Origin: Patescibacteria group bacterium
GTDB taxonomy: Bacteria > Patescibacteriota > Patescibacteriia > CAIXNZ01
Assembly: GCA_028714455.1 (NCBI GenBank)
Contig: JAQTMG010000001.1
Location: forward strand, 568 to 64,567
Reading direction: 5' to 3'
DNA length: 64,000 nucleotides
In this document: positions 10,133 through 20,795 of the stretch, piece by piece
How the letters are laid out: each line of letters begins with the position of its first letter
Numbering within the stretch: the first letter of the stretch is position 1
Program-made: the position numbers and the translations under genes
Notes under the pieces: generated by a model
Seen by the model: the letters and a program-made list of their open reading frames with translations, nothing else
The model's database searches: none
Told to the model about the DNA's origin: nothing

Positions 10133-10528
10133 CTATTCGACTTTACTCCCAAATTCCTCATCGGCCGTGTCTCTTTCAGCCGCTTTCTTGGTTTTGTGAA
10201 TAACTTTGTCAATGTGATTGGCTGGAGCATAAATAGTAAAAAGCTTCATTGAGCTTTTACCAGTGTTCACAAAGTTGTGTCTGGTGCCCGGAGTAACCAC
10301 CACCACATCACCTTTTACTACTGGCGATTCCACGCCATCCAAAATCGCCTTGCCCTCGCCCTTTAAAAAAATCAAAGTCTGTTCAACATGGGCATGTGTC
10401 TCTTCGCCGATATCCCCGCCCTTAGGGATACTCATGACGACCAACTGGCTCTTGGCACCGGTAAAAAGAACCTGTCTGAAAAATTTATTCTTCTTGGTCG
10501 CGCTGATAATGTTTGTCTGGAAAGACAT
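10133..10528 (-). CDS. cupin domain protein
   Basis: GDIGEETH..VEQ...G.G and PGTRHNFVN cupin motifs. Confidence 0.9.
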   Translation of the reverse strand: MSFQTNIISATKKNKFFRQVLFTGAKSQLVVMSIPKGGDIGEETHAHVEQTLIFLKGEGKAILDGVESPVVKGDVVVVTPGTRHNFVNTGKSSMKLFTIYAPANHIDKVIHKTKKAAERDTADEEFGSKVE

Positions 10529-10576
10529 AAAAATTTTTTAATAATTAAAGGCGCGACCAAAGCCGCGCCTTTTATA

Positions 10577-10789
10577 TTATGATTGTATTGTCGTTTCCTT
10601 TTTGCTTCGGCTAAAAACGTAAAGGTAAAGAATATCCAGAATGCCAATTGTATTGACTACCAGCAAAACGATAAACCACCACTCCTCTTTGCGTCTGGCT
10701 GATTTCCAAAGAGCCAGGCCTTTCCAAATCGTTGACCAGATTAGCACGAGAACTAAAACCCACTGGTTTTGTAATAAAAATTGTTCCAT
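10577..10789 (-). CDS. small membrane protein (DUF5652-like)
   Basis: WSTIWKGLALWKSARR...WFIVLLVVNTIGILDILY. Confidence 0.8.
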   Translation of the reverse strand: MEQFLLQNQWVLVLVLIWSTIWKGLALWKSARRKEEWWFIVLLVVNTIGILDILYLYVFSRSKKETTIQS

Positions 10790-10812
10790 AAATTTTTTTA
10801 ATTAATTATTTG

Positions 10813-12810
10813 TTAAAGTAATAATCCCACTATCAGTAATGCCACGATATTTAAAATCTTAATCATCGGGTTTATAGCTGGACCAGCCGTATCTTTATAA
10901 GGATCGCCGACTGTATCGCCGGTAACCGCGGCCTGATGGGCGAGTGAACCTTTGCCGCCAAAATTTCCTTCTTCAATATATTTCTTGGCATTATCCCAGG
11001 CACCGCCGCCGCTGGTCATGGAAATGGCCACGAAAATGCCGGTGATGATCGAACCGAGAAGCAAGCCGCCGAGAGCTTTGATACCTAAGAATGGAGTGAA
11101 GCCAACTATAATTGGCACTAAAATAGGAATGAGAGCAGGCACGATCATTTCCTTAATGGCTGATTTCGTCACGATATCAACGGCCTTGCCATAATCCGGC
11201 TTTTGCGTGCCCTGCATGATGCCAGGCATTTCTCTGAATTGACGCCTGACTTCTTCCACGACTTTGCCGGCCGCGCGTCCAACCGCCTGCATGGCAAAAG
11301 CGCCGAAGTAATAAGGCAAAAGACCGCCAATCAGCAAGCCGATTAAAACTTTGGGGTCATCAATCAAAAACTTTGCCCCCTCGCCAATGGCATGAGTGTA
11401 ATCGGCAAATAAAACTAAAGCGGCCAAAGCAGCCGAAGCAATGGCATAGCCCTTGGTCACGGCTTTTGTAGTATTACCAACCGCATCAAGAGGATCAGTC
11501 ACGTTTCTGACTTCCTCTGGCAATTCTGCCATTTCAGCGATACCTCCAGCGTTATCAGTAATTGGTCCGTAGGAATCAATTGTCACTATAATACCGGCCA
11601 TTGAAAGCATGGCCATGGCGGCGACAGCGATACCATAAAGTCCGGCAAAAGAATAGGCGCCCAAGATAGCAGCTGAAATAACAATGATTGGCCAGGCCGT
11701 AGATTTCATGGAAACGGCCAAGCCTGCGATTATATTTGTGCCGTGTCCGGTTACCGAGGCCCTAGCAATATCTTGCACCGGCTTATAAGATTTTGAAGTG
11801 TAATATTCGGTAATTATCACGATCGCCGCCGTAACCAAGAGACCAATCAAAGAACAAAAATATAAATTATTGACCGAATATTTATCATTGGTGCCGAGCA
11901 ACCATTTTGTCACGGGATAAAACACGACAGCGGAAATTAGACCAGCCGAAATTAGACCTTTGTACAAAGCGCCCATGATATTTTTTTTGCTGCCCAGCCG
12001 GATAAAGAAACTGCCGATAATAGAAGCAATAATAGAAACAGCGCCCAGAGCTAATGGATAATAAATAACGCTTGAGATATTGCCGAAAATCAACGAGCCC
12101 AAAAGCATGGCGGCAATAGCCGTCACGGCATAAGTTTCAAAAAGATCAGCGGCCATGCCAGCGCAGTCGCCAACATTGTCTCCAACATTATCAGCGATCA
12201 CGGCTGGATTTCTCGGATCATCTTCCGGAATCCCCGCTTCGACTTTACCGACCAAATCAGCTCCCACGTCAGCGGCCTTAGTGTAAATACCGCCGCCGAG
12301 CCTGGCAAAAATGGAAATAAGCGAACCGCCAAAAGCCAGACCGATCATGGGTCTGACGTCGTTAGTGAAAAGATAAAAAATAACCAAACCCAAAAGTCCG
12401 AGGCCGACAACCAAAAAACCCGTTACCGAACCTCCCATGACAGCGACTTTAAGCGCTGATTTAAGTCCTGACTTGGCCGCTTCGGCCGTTCTGACATTGG
12501 CTCTGACCGAAACATTCATGCCGATATAACCGGCTAACGCCGACAAAACCGCGCCCAGTAAAAAACCAAGGGCCGTAATAATTCCCAGGCCAGGAGTTAC
12601 TGAAATCAAAATAAATAAAACTGCTGCCACGATGGCGATGGTCTTATACTGTCGATTTAAATAGGCCTTGGCGCCCGACTGGATCGCCTTAGCTATTTCT
12701 TTCATTTTATCACTGCCTTCTGGCATTTTAATGATCAATCTCACAAGGATCAGGCCATAAGCAATGGCCAAAATCGCCGAGACCAAAACAAAAATCACGG
12801 TCAAGTTCAT
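10813..12810 (-). CDS. hppA: membrane-bound ion-translocating pyrophosphatase, probably K+-independent H+-PPase
   Basis: [41 protein letters not shown] (Lys at the K+-independence position), [11 protein letters not shown]. Confidence 0.95.
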   Translation of the reverse strand: MNLTVIFVLVSAILAIAYGLILVRLIIKMPEGSDKMKEIAKAIQSGAKAYLNRQYKTIAIVAAVLFILISVTPGLGIITALGFLLGAVLSALAGYIGMNVSVRANVRTAEAAKSGLKSALKVAVMGGSVTGFLVVGLGLLGLVIFYLFTNDVRPMIGLAFGGSLISIFARLGGGIYTKAADVGADLVGKVEAGIPEDDPRNPAVIADNVGDNVGDCAGMAADLFETYAVTAIAAMLLGSLIFGNISSVIYYPLALGAVSIIASIIGSFFIRLGSKKNIMGALYKGLISAGLISAVVFYPVTKWLLGTNDKYSVNNLYFCSLIGLLVTAAIVIITEYYTSKSYKPVQDIARASVTGHGTNIIAGLAVSMKSTAWPIIVISAAILGAYSFAGLYGIAVAAMAMLSMAGIIVTIDSYGPITDNAGGIAEMAELPEEVRNVTDPLDAVGNTTKAVTKGYAIASAALAALVLFADYTHAIGEGAKFLIDDPKVLIGLLIGGLLPYYFGAFAMQAVGRAAGKVVEEVRRQFREMPGIMQGTQKPDYGKAVDIVTKSAIKEMIVPALIPILVPIIVGFTPFLGIKALGGLLLGSIITGIFVAISMTSGGGAWDNAKKYIEEGNFGGKGSLAHQAAVTGDTVGDPYKDTAGPAINPMIKILNIVALLIVGLLL

Positions 12811-13065
12811 AGTTTTCTTAATTAATTCTTATTAATATTTAATGGTTGAATTTGTTTTTAGCTAAGATAAGGTCTATTACAGTAATATTTTATCTTTTTG
12901 CCGATTTTCTGTCAATTTAATGGGTTGACCGAGCTCGACTCCTTTGTTATAATGTTTCTATATTAACTTCGTCTGTTTTTAGGCGTTTTTGGCCGACTGC
13001 ATGCAAAAACGTTCGGCAGACGAGGGGAGTAGAAAAATATTAAAAAATCAATAAAACAATTATCA

Positions 13066-14361
13066 GTGCGCGCTCTGCTTACTGTTATAAAAGGCTTTAC
13101 CCTAATCATAAAGTCCTTTTTTAATTTGCTTCAGCCCCTGGCTGCTCCGTTGCGCTGGTTCTTCGGAATATTTTTTAAATTCATCATAGTCGGCATTTAT
13201 CGCTTATATTTTTATATAAAAAAAATATTTAGAAAAATTTTGCCCGAAAACGTATCGAGGCCAATTTATGTTTTTATAAATAAATACAGCCCCCACATCT
13301 TTATAGTGATTCTGACTGTCGCGGTCAGCTTCTCCAACCTTTTCGCCACGAACACCGGAGCACAAATTTTTGGCGAAAAAAGTATTCTTTATGCCATGGC
13401 GACTGGCAGCGACTACGAAGATCAGTATATAGAAGAAAGCATTGATTCTGCCGCGCCACAAATACAAACTAATTATATGGGGACCGAAAAAAACGCTGTC
13501 TCGGGCAGCCAAAATATATCGGCGGGCACGGAACCCGAAAGCATCGCTTCAATCAGCGGTCTGGGCGCCATTCTAAAACCAGAGATTTCCTCGATGGAGG
13601 CTGCCCAGAGATTTCGCGATCAACCAATTGAATATATCGTTAAGGCCGGCGACACGGTCAGCACCATCGCTGAAGAATTTGAAATTACGGACGAGACGAT
13701 TATGTGGCAAAACAATTTGAGTGCCACTAGCTTGATCAGACCGGGGCAAAAATTAGTGATCCTGCCGATCAATGGCGTTGCTCACACCGTTGTCAAAGGC
13801 GACACGCTGGCCAGTATCGCCAAGAAATATAAGGCGGATCAGCAGAAAATTATTGATTATAACAAATTAGCCGACGTAAATGACATCTCAATTGGAGAAC
13901 TTTTGGTTATTCCAGAGGGACAACCCTATCGTCCGCCGATCGCTCCCACTCGCCTTGCTCCAATTCAACAAATCTTTGAGCAACCGGCTCCGGTCGTACC
14001 GGGCCAGATGGTCTGGCCAAACGGCTGCCACCGCATAACCCAATACTTTAAGTGGAATCACACGGGCGTTGACATCGCCTGCCCATTAGGCACGCCGATA
14101 CGCGCGGCAGAAGATGGAGTTATTAAGGCTGTTCACTATTTGAATACGGGCTACGGCCATTCTGTGGATATTGATCATGGTAACGGCAAAATGACCAGAT
14201 ACGGCCACATGACAACCATCTACGTTAAAGAGGGCGAAAGCGTGAAAGCCGGACAAGCCATCGGTTTGGAGGGCTCAACTGGCAAATCAACCGGCCCCCA
14301 TCTGCATTTTGAAGTACGTTTCTGGGGCAAGGTCTACAATCCACTCAACTATGTAAAATAA
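13066..14361 (+). CDS. LysM-LysM-M23 peptidase
   Basis: Two LysM repeats (YIVKAGDTV, HTVVKGDTL), HTGVD, HLHFEVR; start uncertain. Confidence 0.9.
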   Translation: MRALLTVIKGFTLIIKSFFNLLQPLAAPLRWFFGIFFKFIIVGIYRLYFYIKKIFRKILPENVSRPIYVFINKYSPHIFIVILTVAVSFSNLFATNTGAQIFGEKSILYAMATGSDYEDQYIEESIDSAAPQIQTNYMGTEKNAVSGSQNISAGTEPESIASISGLGAILKPEISSMEAAQRFRDQPIEYIVKAGDTVSTIAEEFEITDETIMWQNNLSATSLIRPGQKLVILPINGVAHTVVKGDTLASIAKKYKADQQKIIDYNKLADVNDISIGELLVIPEGQPYRPPIAPTRLAPIQQIFEQPAPVVPGQMVWPNGCHRITQYFKWNHTGVDIACPLGTPIRAAEDGVIKAVHYLNTGYGHSVDIDHGNGKMTRYGHMTTIYVKEGESVKAGQAIGLEGSTGKSTGPHLHFEVRFWGKVYNPLNYVK

Positions 14362-14459
14362 AAAAGAAGAGGTCGCCCCCGGCCTCTTTTTTAATTGGAT
14401 AAAAGTTGAGGGTTTAGAGTTGAGAGCTCGGCTAAAATTTAACTCCCAACTCTCGACTC

Positions 14460-15974
14460 TCAACGATTAAACCTGTATTGCAGCGCCTCGGCGACATTTT
14501 GAATTCTTATTGCTTCGCTGCCCTCTAAATCGGCAATTGTCCTGGCCAGTTTTAAAATCCTGTGATAGGCTCTCGCCGAAAGATGAAATTGATTAACGGC
14601 ATTTTTGAGAAGTTCCGAGCACTGATTGTCTACAACACAAAATTGTTTAATCTCCTGCGGCCGCATTTCGCTGTTATACATTATTTTAAAATCTTTAAAT
14701 CTTTCTTTTTGTTTTTCTCTGGCCGCCTCAATCCTTTTTCTAATTTGCTCCGACTCCTCGGCGACCTTTTCCGTGGTCAATTTTTCAAAACTCAAACGCG
14801 GCACCTCAACGTGCAAATCAATACGATCCAAAATCGGACCAGAAACTTTTTTTTGATATTTAATTATCTGATAAGGCGTACAGGTGCAGTGCCTTTCCGA
14901 ATCGCTGGCGTAACCGCAGGGGCAGGGATTTTGGGCGGCGATCAAAATAAAACGCGCCGGATAACCTAGAGTTCCGGATGCTCTGGAAATTACTACTGAA
15001 CCGTCTTCCATGGGCTGGCGCAAATTTTCCAAAACCAGGCGCGAAAATTCGGAAAACTCGTCAAGAAACAAAACTCCCCGATGAGCCAAGCTGATTTCTC
15101 CCGGCCTCGGTATCCTGCCGCCGCCAACCAACGAAACTGCCGAAGAAGAATGATGCGGAGAACGAAAAGGACGCTTTTTTATGAGCGACTGATTGTGCGG
15201 CAAAAGTCCGGCCACACTGTAAATCTTGGTCACCTCTAAAATTTCCTCCAAAGTCATTTTGGGCATAATCGAAGAGGCCGCCTTAGCGAGTAGTGTCTTG
15301 CCAGAACCTGGCGGGCCGCTCATCAAGACGTTGTGTCCGCCAGCCATGGCGATTTCCAGCGCCCGCTTAACATGCTCTTGGCCCGCGATATAAGCCATGT
15401 CATATTCAATCTCATCCTCATTAAAATCAATCGGATTCTCTCTTTTATAAGAGCTAATCAATTCTTTGCCCAATAAATGGTTCATCACTTCCATGAGATT
15501 TCTGGCCGGCAAAACATTGATTCCTTCAATTAAAGCCGCCTCTTCAGCATTGATCCATGGCAAAAAAACATTTTTAAACTTATTTTCTTTGGCAAAAATA
15601 ACCGCCGGCAAAATTCCATTGGTATGCCTCAAATTCCCATCAAGTGAAAGTTCTCCAATAAATAAACAATCGGCAAGGTTTAGATTTGATTCAAAAGAAT
15701 TAAGCAGGATGCCAACCGCCATGGCCAGATCAAAGGCCACGCCTTCTTTTTTTATGTCAGCGGGTGCTAAATTAACCACAATTTTTTTTAAATACGGATA
15801 ATCATAGCCGCAATTTTTTATGGCCAGACGCGTTCTTTCTCTCGCCTCTTGAACTGCCGTATCACCCAGACCAACAATAAAAAAATCCGGCTTGCCATTA
15901 GAGACATCCGTCTCTACCTCAATCAATTTGGGATTCAGGCCGATGACCGCGCACGAATTTAATTTAGTTAACAT
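14460..15974 (-). CDS. comM: YifB/ComM Mg-chelatase-like AAA ATPase
   Basis: VNLAPADIKKEG, GPPGSGKT, RSPHHS, GEISLAHRGVLFLDE, NPCPCG. Confidence 0.93.
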   Translation of the reverse strand: MLTKLNSCAVIGLNPKLIEVETDVSNGKPDFFIVGLGDTAVQEARERTRLAIKNCGYDYPYLKKIVVNLAPADIKKEGVAFDLAMAVGILLNSFESNLNLADCLFIGELSLDGNLRHTNGILPAVIFAKENKFKNVFLPWINAEEAALIEGINVLPARNLMEVMNHLLGKELISSYKRENPIDFNEDEIEYDMAYIAGQEHVKRALEIAMAGGHNVLMSGPPGSGKTLLAKAASSIMPKMTLEEILEVTKIYSVAGLLPHNQSLIKKRPFRSPHHSSSAVSLVGGGRIPRPGEISLAHRGVLFLDEFSEFSRLVLENLRQPMEDGSVVISRASGTLGYPARFILIAAQNPCPCGYASDSERHCTCTPYQIIKYQKKVSGPILDRIDLHVEVPRLSFEKLTTEKVAEESEQIRKRIEAAREKQKERFKDFKIMYNSEMRPQEIKQFCVVDNQCSELLKNAVNQFHLSARAYHRILKLARTIADLEGSEAIRIQNVAEALQYRFNR

Positions 15975-16035
15975 ATTTAAATTCTATCATCTTCCTGCAA
16001 ATAAAAAAATCGCACAATAATTCTGTGTATTCGAA

Positions 16036-17091
16036 TTAACCGATCTTTTGTGCGACCAAAATGATTATATCGTGTTTATGAGGTTTCCCGTGATAATCTT
16101 GCTTAATATAATTTTTGTATTCCAATATTCTCCACCCTTTATAAAAATTCTTTAATTCCTCGGGCTCGAAAAAATGTAACTGGCGGTTTTTCTTAAAAGC
16201 ATAGTCCTTGGTAGTAAAAACAGAAATTAAATTTATTCCATTTATTGCAGTGTGCGATTGAATCTTCAAAATCAATTTTGATAAATCTTCTCTCTTAATA
16301 AGATGCAAAACGGCCGTGCTTATAATAACATCGTAATTTTCATTAAACTCAAAATTGTTTGCGTCTACGGTAAATGTTTTTATTTGTAGATTTCTTTCGT
16401 GGGCGGAATTTTGTAGTCTGACGATTGCTTCTTCTGAAATATCGATGCCCGTTACCTCAAATCCTTCCTCGGCTAAAAATATAGCATTTCTCCCTTCCCC
16501 ACAACCAACATCCAGCACCCTTCCTTTTTTTATATAACCCGGAATCTTCACAACGTATTCATTGGGTACATTTCCCCACAAACATTTATTAAGCCTGTAG
16601 GCAGAGTTAATTTTGTTTTGATCTAAAAAAATTGATTCTCGATTTGTTTTAAATCCTTCGACAAAAAATATTATTACTCCAACAACAATCATGGCATCGG
16701 CCAGATTAAAAACAGGCCAGATAAATACATTGATATAGTCAATCACAAACCCAAAAATCAAACGGTCAATAAAATTACTCAAAGCACCCAAAATAATTAA
16801 GGAGACAGAAAATACTTGCCAAAGATTGCCCAAAATTAAATCGCGCCACCAAAGGTAACCCAAGACAATCAGGATTAAAAAAATAAAAACCATAATTACT
16901 GATTGGGGCAGCGGCAAACCGAAAGCTAAATTTAAATTAGTAAAAAAACCAATCTGCAGCAAACCATTAAAAAAATAAAATCCCGACTGCGGGATTTTAT
17001 TTAATATCAAATAATATTTTATAAATGATTCGAGGGCAAAAAATATTGTCGGAATTAAGAGGATTAAAATTATCTTTTTTGCCCCTTTCAT
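16036..17091 (-). CDS. lspA: signal peptidase II fused to a TehB-like SAM methyltransferase
   Basis: N-half NLNLAFG, GALSNFIDRL, VIDYI, PVFNLAD; C-half VLDVGCGEGRNAIFLA; start at TAATG overlap with upstream gene. Confidence 0.85.
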   Translation of the reverse strand: MKGAKKIILILLIPTIFFALESFIKYYLILNKIPQSGFYFFNGLLQIGFFTNLNLAFGLPLPQSVIMVFIFLILIVLGYLWWRDLILGNLWQVFSVSLIILGALSNFIDRLIFGFVIDYINVFIWPVFNLADAMIVVGVIIFFVEGFKTNRESIFLDQNKINSAYRLNKCLWGNVPNEYVVKIPGYIKKGRVLDVGCGEGRNAIFLAEEGFEVTGIDISEEAIVRLQNSAHERNLQIKTFTVDANNFEFNENYDVIISTAVLHLIKREDLSKLILKIQSHTAINGINLISVFTTKDYAFKKNRQLHFFEPEELKNFYKGWRILEYKNYIKQDYHGKPHKHDIIILVAQKIG

Positions 17092-17459
17092 TATTGGCTG
17101 CTTAATTTTTCTTTGCATTCAACGCAAGAACTGGAAGCGGGTCGCGCCAGTAAGCGTTCTTCGGGAATTTCATTGCCGCAATAATTGCACTTGCCGTATT
17201 TTCCCTTCTCGATTTTTTCCAGCGCCTTATTAATATCGCGCAAAGTTGTTTCCAGGGAAAATTCGATTGATAAATTATCAGTGTATTCTGCGATCTCGCC
17301 AGCATTTTCATCTTCTTTATCGCCATAGTCAGGAAATTCCGAACGATAATTATCTTTAATGTGTTCGTCTTTTTTAGCAAAACCAGCCAATTCGTTTTCG
17401 ATTTGGCTTTTTCGTTCCAATAAATCCTTCTTTATTTTTTCTAAAATTTCTTTCTTCAT
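17091..17459 (-). CDS. TraR/DksA C4 zinc-finger protein
   Basis: ALEKIEKGKYGKCNYCG.EIPEERL.A.P....CVEC. Confidence 0.92.
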   Translation of the reverse strand: MKKEILEKIKKDLLERKSQIENELAGFAKKDEHIKDNYRSEFPDYGDKEDENAGEIAEYTDNLSIEFSLETTLRDINKALEKIEKGKYGKCNYCGNEIPEERLLARPASSSCVECKEKLSSQ

Positions 17460-17554
17460 AAATATGCCTAATCAATCATAAATTAAGTATACGATAAGTA
17501 ATATTTATTATAAAGACAATATTAAAATAAATCAAGAGTTCGTGTCAAGGCAAA

Positions 17555-17858
17555 TAAAAAAGGTCGACTAGATCCAATTATATTTTAATTTATGATCTGT
17601 CGACCTTTATGTCGACTTATCTGGTTGGTGTCGCCCTAGGCGAGCAGCCAACACGTATGAAAAAGTCGTGTTGATTCTCGTGGAGCAATGTAGAATCATA
17701 CTTCTCACCGTTCTTTGGTTAGTTTGGCTAACCAATGTTGTTTTGTTTTTGTTTTATGGAACACTCCAAGTTGTTCCTTAAAAACAGTGGGAAGCGAGGA
17801 AATATAGCCAATCTTAGCCAATTAGCTAGATGTCCTCATAAATTCTTTTTTATTGTAC
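17555..17858 (-). ncRNA. candidate structured ncRNA (~300 nt)
   Basis: TTGACG-17-TATAAT promoter (17893-17865), multiple stems, terminator-like AAAGGTCGAC/GTCGACCTTTTTT; no ORF over about 30 aa seen. Confidence 0.5.
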
Positions 17859-18031
17859 ATCATCATTATACCATTATACATAAATTTCGTCAACCTTAGG
17901 CTGGGTATAAGTACAAAAAATAGCTAATTATAGCCATTAAATTAGCAGAGATGTATTGAGTGGCGACAAATTCTATTTTCTTAAATTAAGTAATAATCGA
18001 ATTATTATCCCCACATTATCCCCATAACATT

Positions 18032-19522
18032 TTATTCTAATATTAGCGAAAATAAACCACTTTGCTCACCTAAATTTAGGCTATTTATTAGGCCAGAAAA
18101 ATCACCATAATAAGACAATAATTTATCGCTAATTGTTATATTTGTGCTTAGATTAGCTATTTTATCAACATCTGCGCTTACTAGGCCCATTCCCGAACCT
18201 AAATTATTTAATAATTCCAAAGAATTAGACAAAATTAATCTCTTTCCGCTTATATAATAGCCAAATTCAATCTTACTATTGCTTAATACTCTCGTTTTAT
18301 TATCTTCGCCAGCATTCTCAAATTGCTGATTAGCCGTTCTGAAGATTTGCGTAATGTAAGTGCCATCAACTAAACGCTTCTGAACCTCTTTAGAGCCCTC
18401 GACGGCAAAGGCGTTAATAACTATCTCCTCAAGCTTGCTCAATTTCGCTGGCAGATCAGCCACCCTCTCTATTTCCGTGGCCACCAGATATTTATTGCCA
18501 GGGTAAGAGACAATTTGGGTACGCTGGTTAAACAGGGGTAAAATGTCATTTTGCCAGTCCATATTCAATATGCCTTTTGAATATTCCATGTTCTTAAAAA
18601 TCTGGCTGTAAAAATCAGGCGCTAGGCTATTTAAGCTGTTAAGCGTCTTAATCAGCTTGTTGCTGCCTGATTCAAATTCCAGGTTATAAAAAAAATCAGC
18701 TGGCACGTTGGCAAGCAAAGCTTGCCTGGAAAAATTATTGCTGCCAAAATTACTCAAGACGATTTTTCGGCCAGCGCTATTTATGCCCAGATACAGATCC
18801 GCCGCCTTGCCCTCTCTCAAGGAAAGCAGGAGTAATTTAAATCTTAAATCGGTTAGCTGGCTGTAGTGACTGGCCAATTTTTCTAAATTTACATACATCT
18901 TGCCGATGTTTGGCTTGAGTTTATCCAAATTCATTGACACGCCAAGACTTTGGGCCAATGAATTTTCTTCCTGATTTCGAACGCTAATCACTTTTGTAAT
19001 CGCATCGGCAGAAGAGGCTAGGACTAAAATATTTTTATTTAAAAAATCATTTTCTAAATACGCGTAATTTAAGTTTTGCGCACTTAGCCAGGCTTCATCC
19101 GGCTTTTTGCTTAAGTCAAAGAATATTAGATAGTCAAAATTGTAAAAATCATCATCGCTTTTGGGAATAATAGCCAGTGCCATGTTTTCTCCCACCCATT
19201 TATTCAAAATGTTTGTATCCAGGTTGGCCAGACCGTATTTTTGTTTCAAGGCTGTTAAAATATTCTCAATAAACCCCTGGTCATTAAAACGCGCTGTATT
19301 AAATGACGCGTACAAAATCGCCTCGCCCGGCACATATCTGATCATCCGGTCTTTATTAAAATAAAAATTAAAATATAAAATGATGGCAACTAAAACCAGC
19401 AAAATTAAAATTATGCCAAAAATCGAACCGATGATTTTAATCGATCGAGCGTTCATTTTTATCTTGGCTAAAATTAGAAGCCAAATTTGCCTAAATTTGA
19501 ATTGCCAATTATTCATATACAC
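18032..19522 (-). CDS. membrane-anchored hypothetical protein
   Basis: 496-aa ORF with N-terminal TM helix; start uncertain. Confidence 0.75.
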   Translation of the reverse strand: MYMNNWQFKFRQIWLLILAKIKMNARSIKIIGSIFGIILILLVLVAIILYFNFYFNKDRMIRYVPGEAILYASFNTARFNDQGFIENILTALKQKYGLANLDTNILNKWVGENMALAIIPKSDDDFYNFDYLIFFDLSKKPDEAWLSAQNLNYAYLENDFLNKNILVLASSADAITKVISVRNQEENSLAQSLGVSMNLDKLKPNIGKMYVNLEKLASHYSQLTDLRFKLLLLSLREGKAADLYLGINSAGRKIVLSNFGSNNFSRQALLANVPADFFYNLEFESGSNKLIKTLNSLNSLAPDFYSQIFKNMEYSKGILNMDWQNDILPLFNQRTQIVSYPGNKYLVATEIERVADLPAKLSKLEEIVINAFAVEGSKEVQKRLVDGTYITQIFRTANQQFENAGEDNKTRVLSNSKIEFGYYISGKRLILSNSLELLNNLGSGMGLVSADVDKIANLSTNITISDKLLSYYGDFSGLINSLNLGEQSGLFSLILE

Positions 19523-19612
19523 ATTCTATCATAAATCTATTATAATTATGCTATAATCCAATTTAACCGATAAATCCATTAAAATATTTTTACTAATAAT
19601 TAAGTAGATTTT

Positions 19613-20392
19613 ATGAAAAAAAGATTAGTTACTTATCTGGCCCTAATTCTAATTTTGTTTCCTTTAATTTCTGCGAGTGCCCAGACTGCCGCGACTTACA
19701 AGCAAGATTGGTTCAGCGCCCAGCAGTCAAGAATAGCAGGTGAAAAAGCGCACAACCAGGCCGTGCTCGACTACGCCGCGAATAAAACACCGGAAAATGA
19801 TCAGAGGGTTATTGAAACGACTAAAGCCCTGCTTAACTCGGCTCTTGATGAAGCCGCCGCCTGGCTAAATTGGAAAAATTCAGAAGCCAAAGAAAGCCCG
19901 GAAGTCCCCGACTCAATTAAAGCCAGCATCCAAGCTGATGTCAACACGAATCTCGCCAAGATTAACAGCTTGCGCACCGAAGTGAACGCCATAAAAAACA
20001 GGCTTGACGCCGGTGTTGTCTTTTTAAAAATGGTTGGCGCCTATGCGGGCTTATTGGCTGACGTGGCCAGAAACACCGGCGCCATGTGGGTTTATATTGG
20101 CAACGAGCGAATCAACACGGCCTCGAATTTTGAAACCCAGCTTCGGGCAGCCGCTGAAAAAATAGGAAATAATTCTGATATCATAAGCAAATTGGATTTA
20201 GCCAAATCAGAAATAAATCTGGCCAAAAGTAAAGTTGACCTGGCCGAAGCGGCCTATAAAAAAGTGGCTGTGCCTGGCACACCCTTAATCAAATTCGCCG
20301 AGGGCAATAATGATCTGACGCAGGCTAAAACAAACCTGCTCAACGCGCAAGCCCAGCTCCTGGCTGCTTTTAATTTAATAATCGCTAAATAA
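19613..20392 (+). CDS. secreted alanine-rich helical protein
   Basis: Signal peptide ending ASA-Q, coiled-coil composition. Confidence 0.8.
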   Translation: MKKRLVTYLALILILFPLISASAQTAATYKQDWFSAQQSRIAGEKAHNQAVLDYAANKTPENDQRVIETTKALLNSALDEAAAWLNWKNSEAKESPEVPDSIKASIQADVNTNLAKINSLRTEVNAIKNRLDAGVVFLKMVGAYAGLLADVARNTGAMWVYIGNERINTASNFETQLRAAAEKIGNNSDIISKLDLAKSEINLAKSKVDLAEAAYKKVAVPGTPLIKFAEGNNDLTQAKTNLLNAQAQLLAAFNLIIAK

Positions 20393-20397
20393 AATCT

Positions 20398-20652
20398 ATG
20401 AAAAAAATATTAATAATTTCAACGCTGACACTGCTTGTGGCGATAATTTTAAGCGGCTGCGCTCCTCAAACAAACCAAACCAATACAAATAATTCTGCTG
20501 TGAATAAAAATGCTCCAACCACCAATCAGGAAGTTAACACGAATGAACCAACGCAGAAAACCGAACTCAACATAAATAAAGCGGATCTGGACAAATTAAA
20601 AGCCGATATCAACAAAATGGAATTTGAAAATATAAATGGATTTTCACAATAA
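20398..20652 (+). CDS. small lipoprotein
   Basis: Lipobox LSGC after hydrophobic signal. Confidence 0.8.
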   Translation: MKKILIISTLTLLVAIILSGCAPQTNQTNTNNSAVNKNAPTTNQEVNTNEPTQKTELNINKADLDKLKADINKMEFENINGFSQ

Positions 20653-20795
20653 TCAAAAAGGGGCGATCGTAAGTCGCCTCTTTTTTTATTGACAAATTTT
20701 TCTGTAGTGTTAAGGTATAAGCGATTGGCAAACGCCAATCTTGTCCCTGAAAAGGGATAAAAAATTCTTTGAAAAAAGAAAAAGGAGGCAGGAAG

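Noticed and set aside
17990-18030. DnaA-box cluster or oriC
   Set aside because: Only degenerate TTATCCCCA matches, too few to support an origin.
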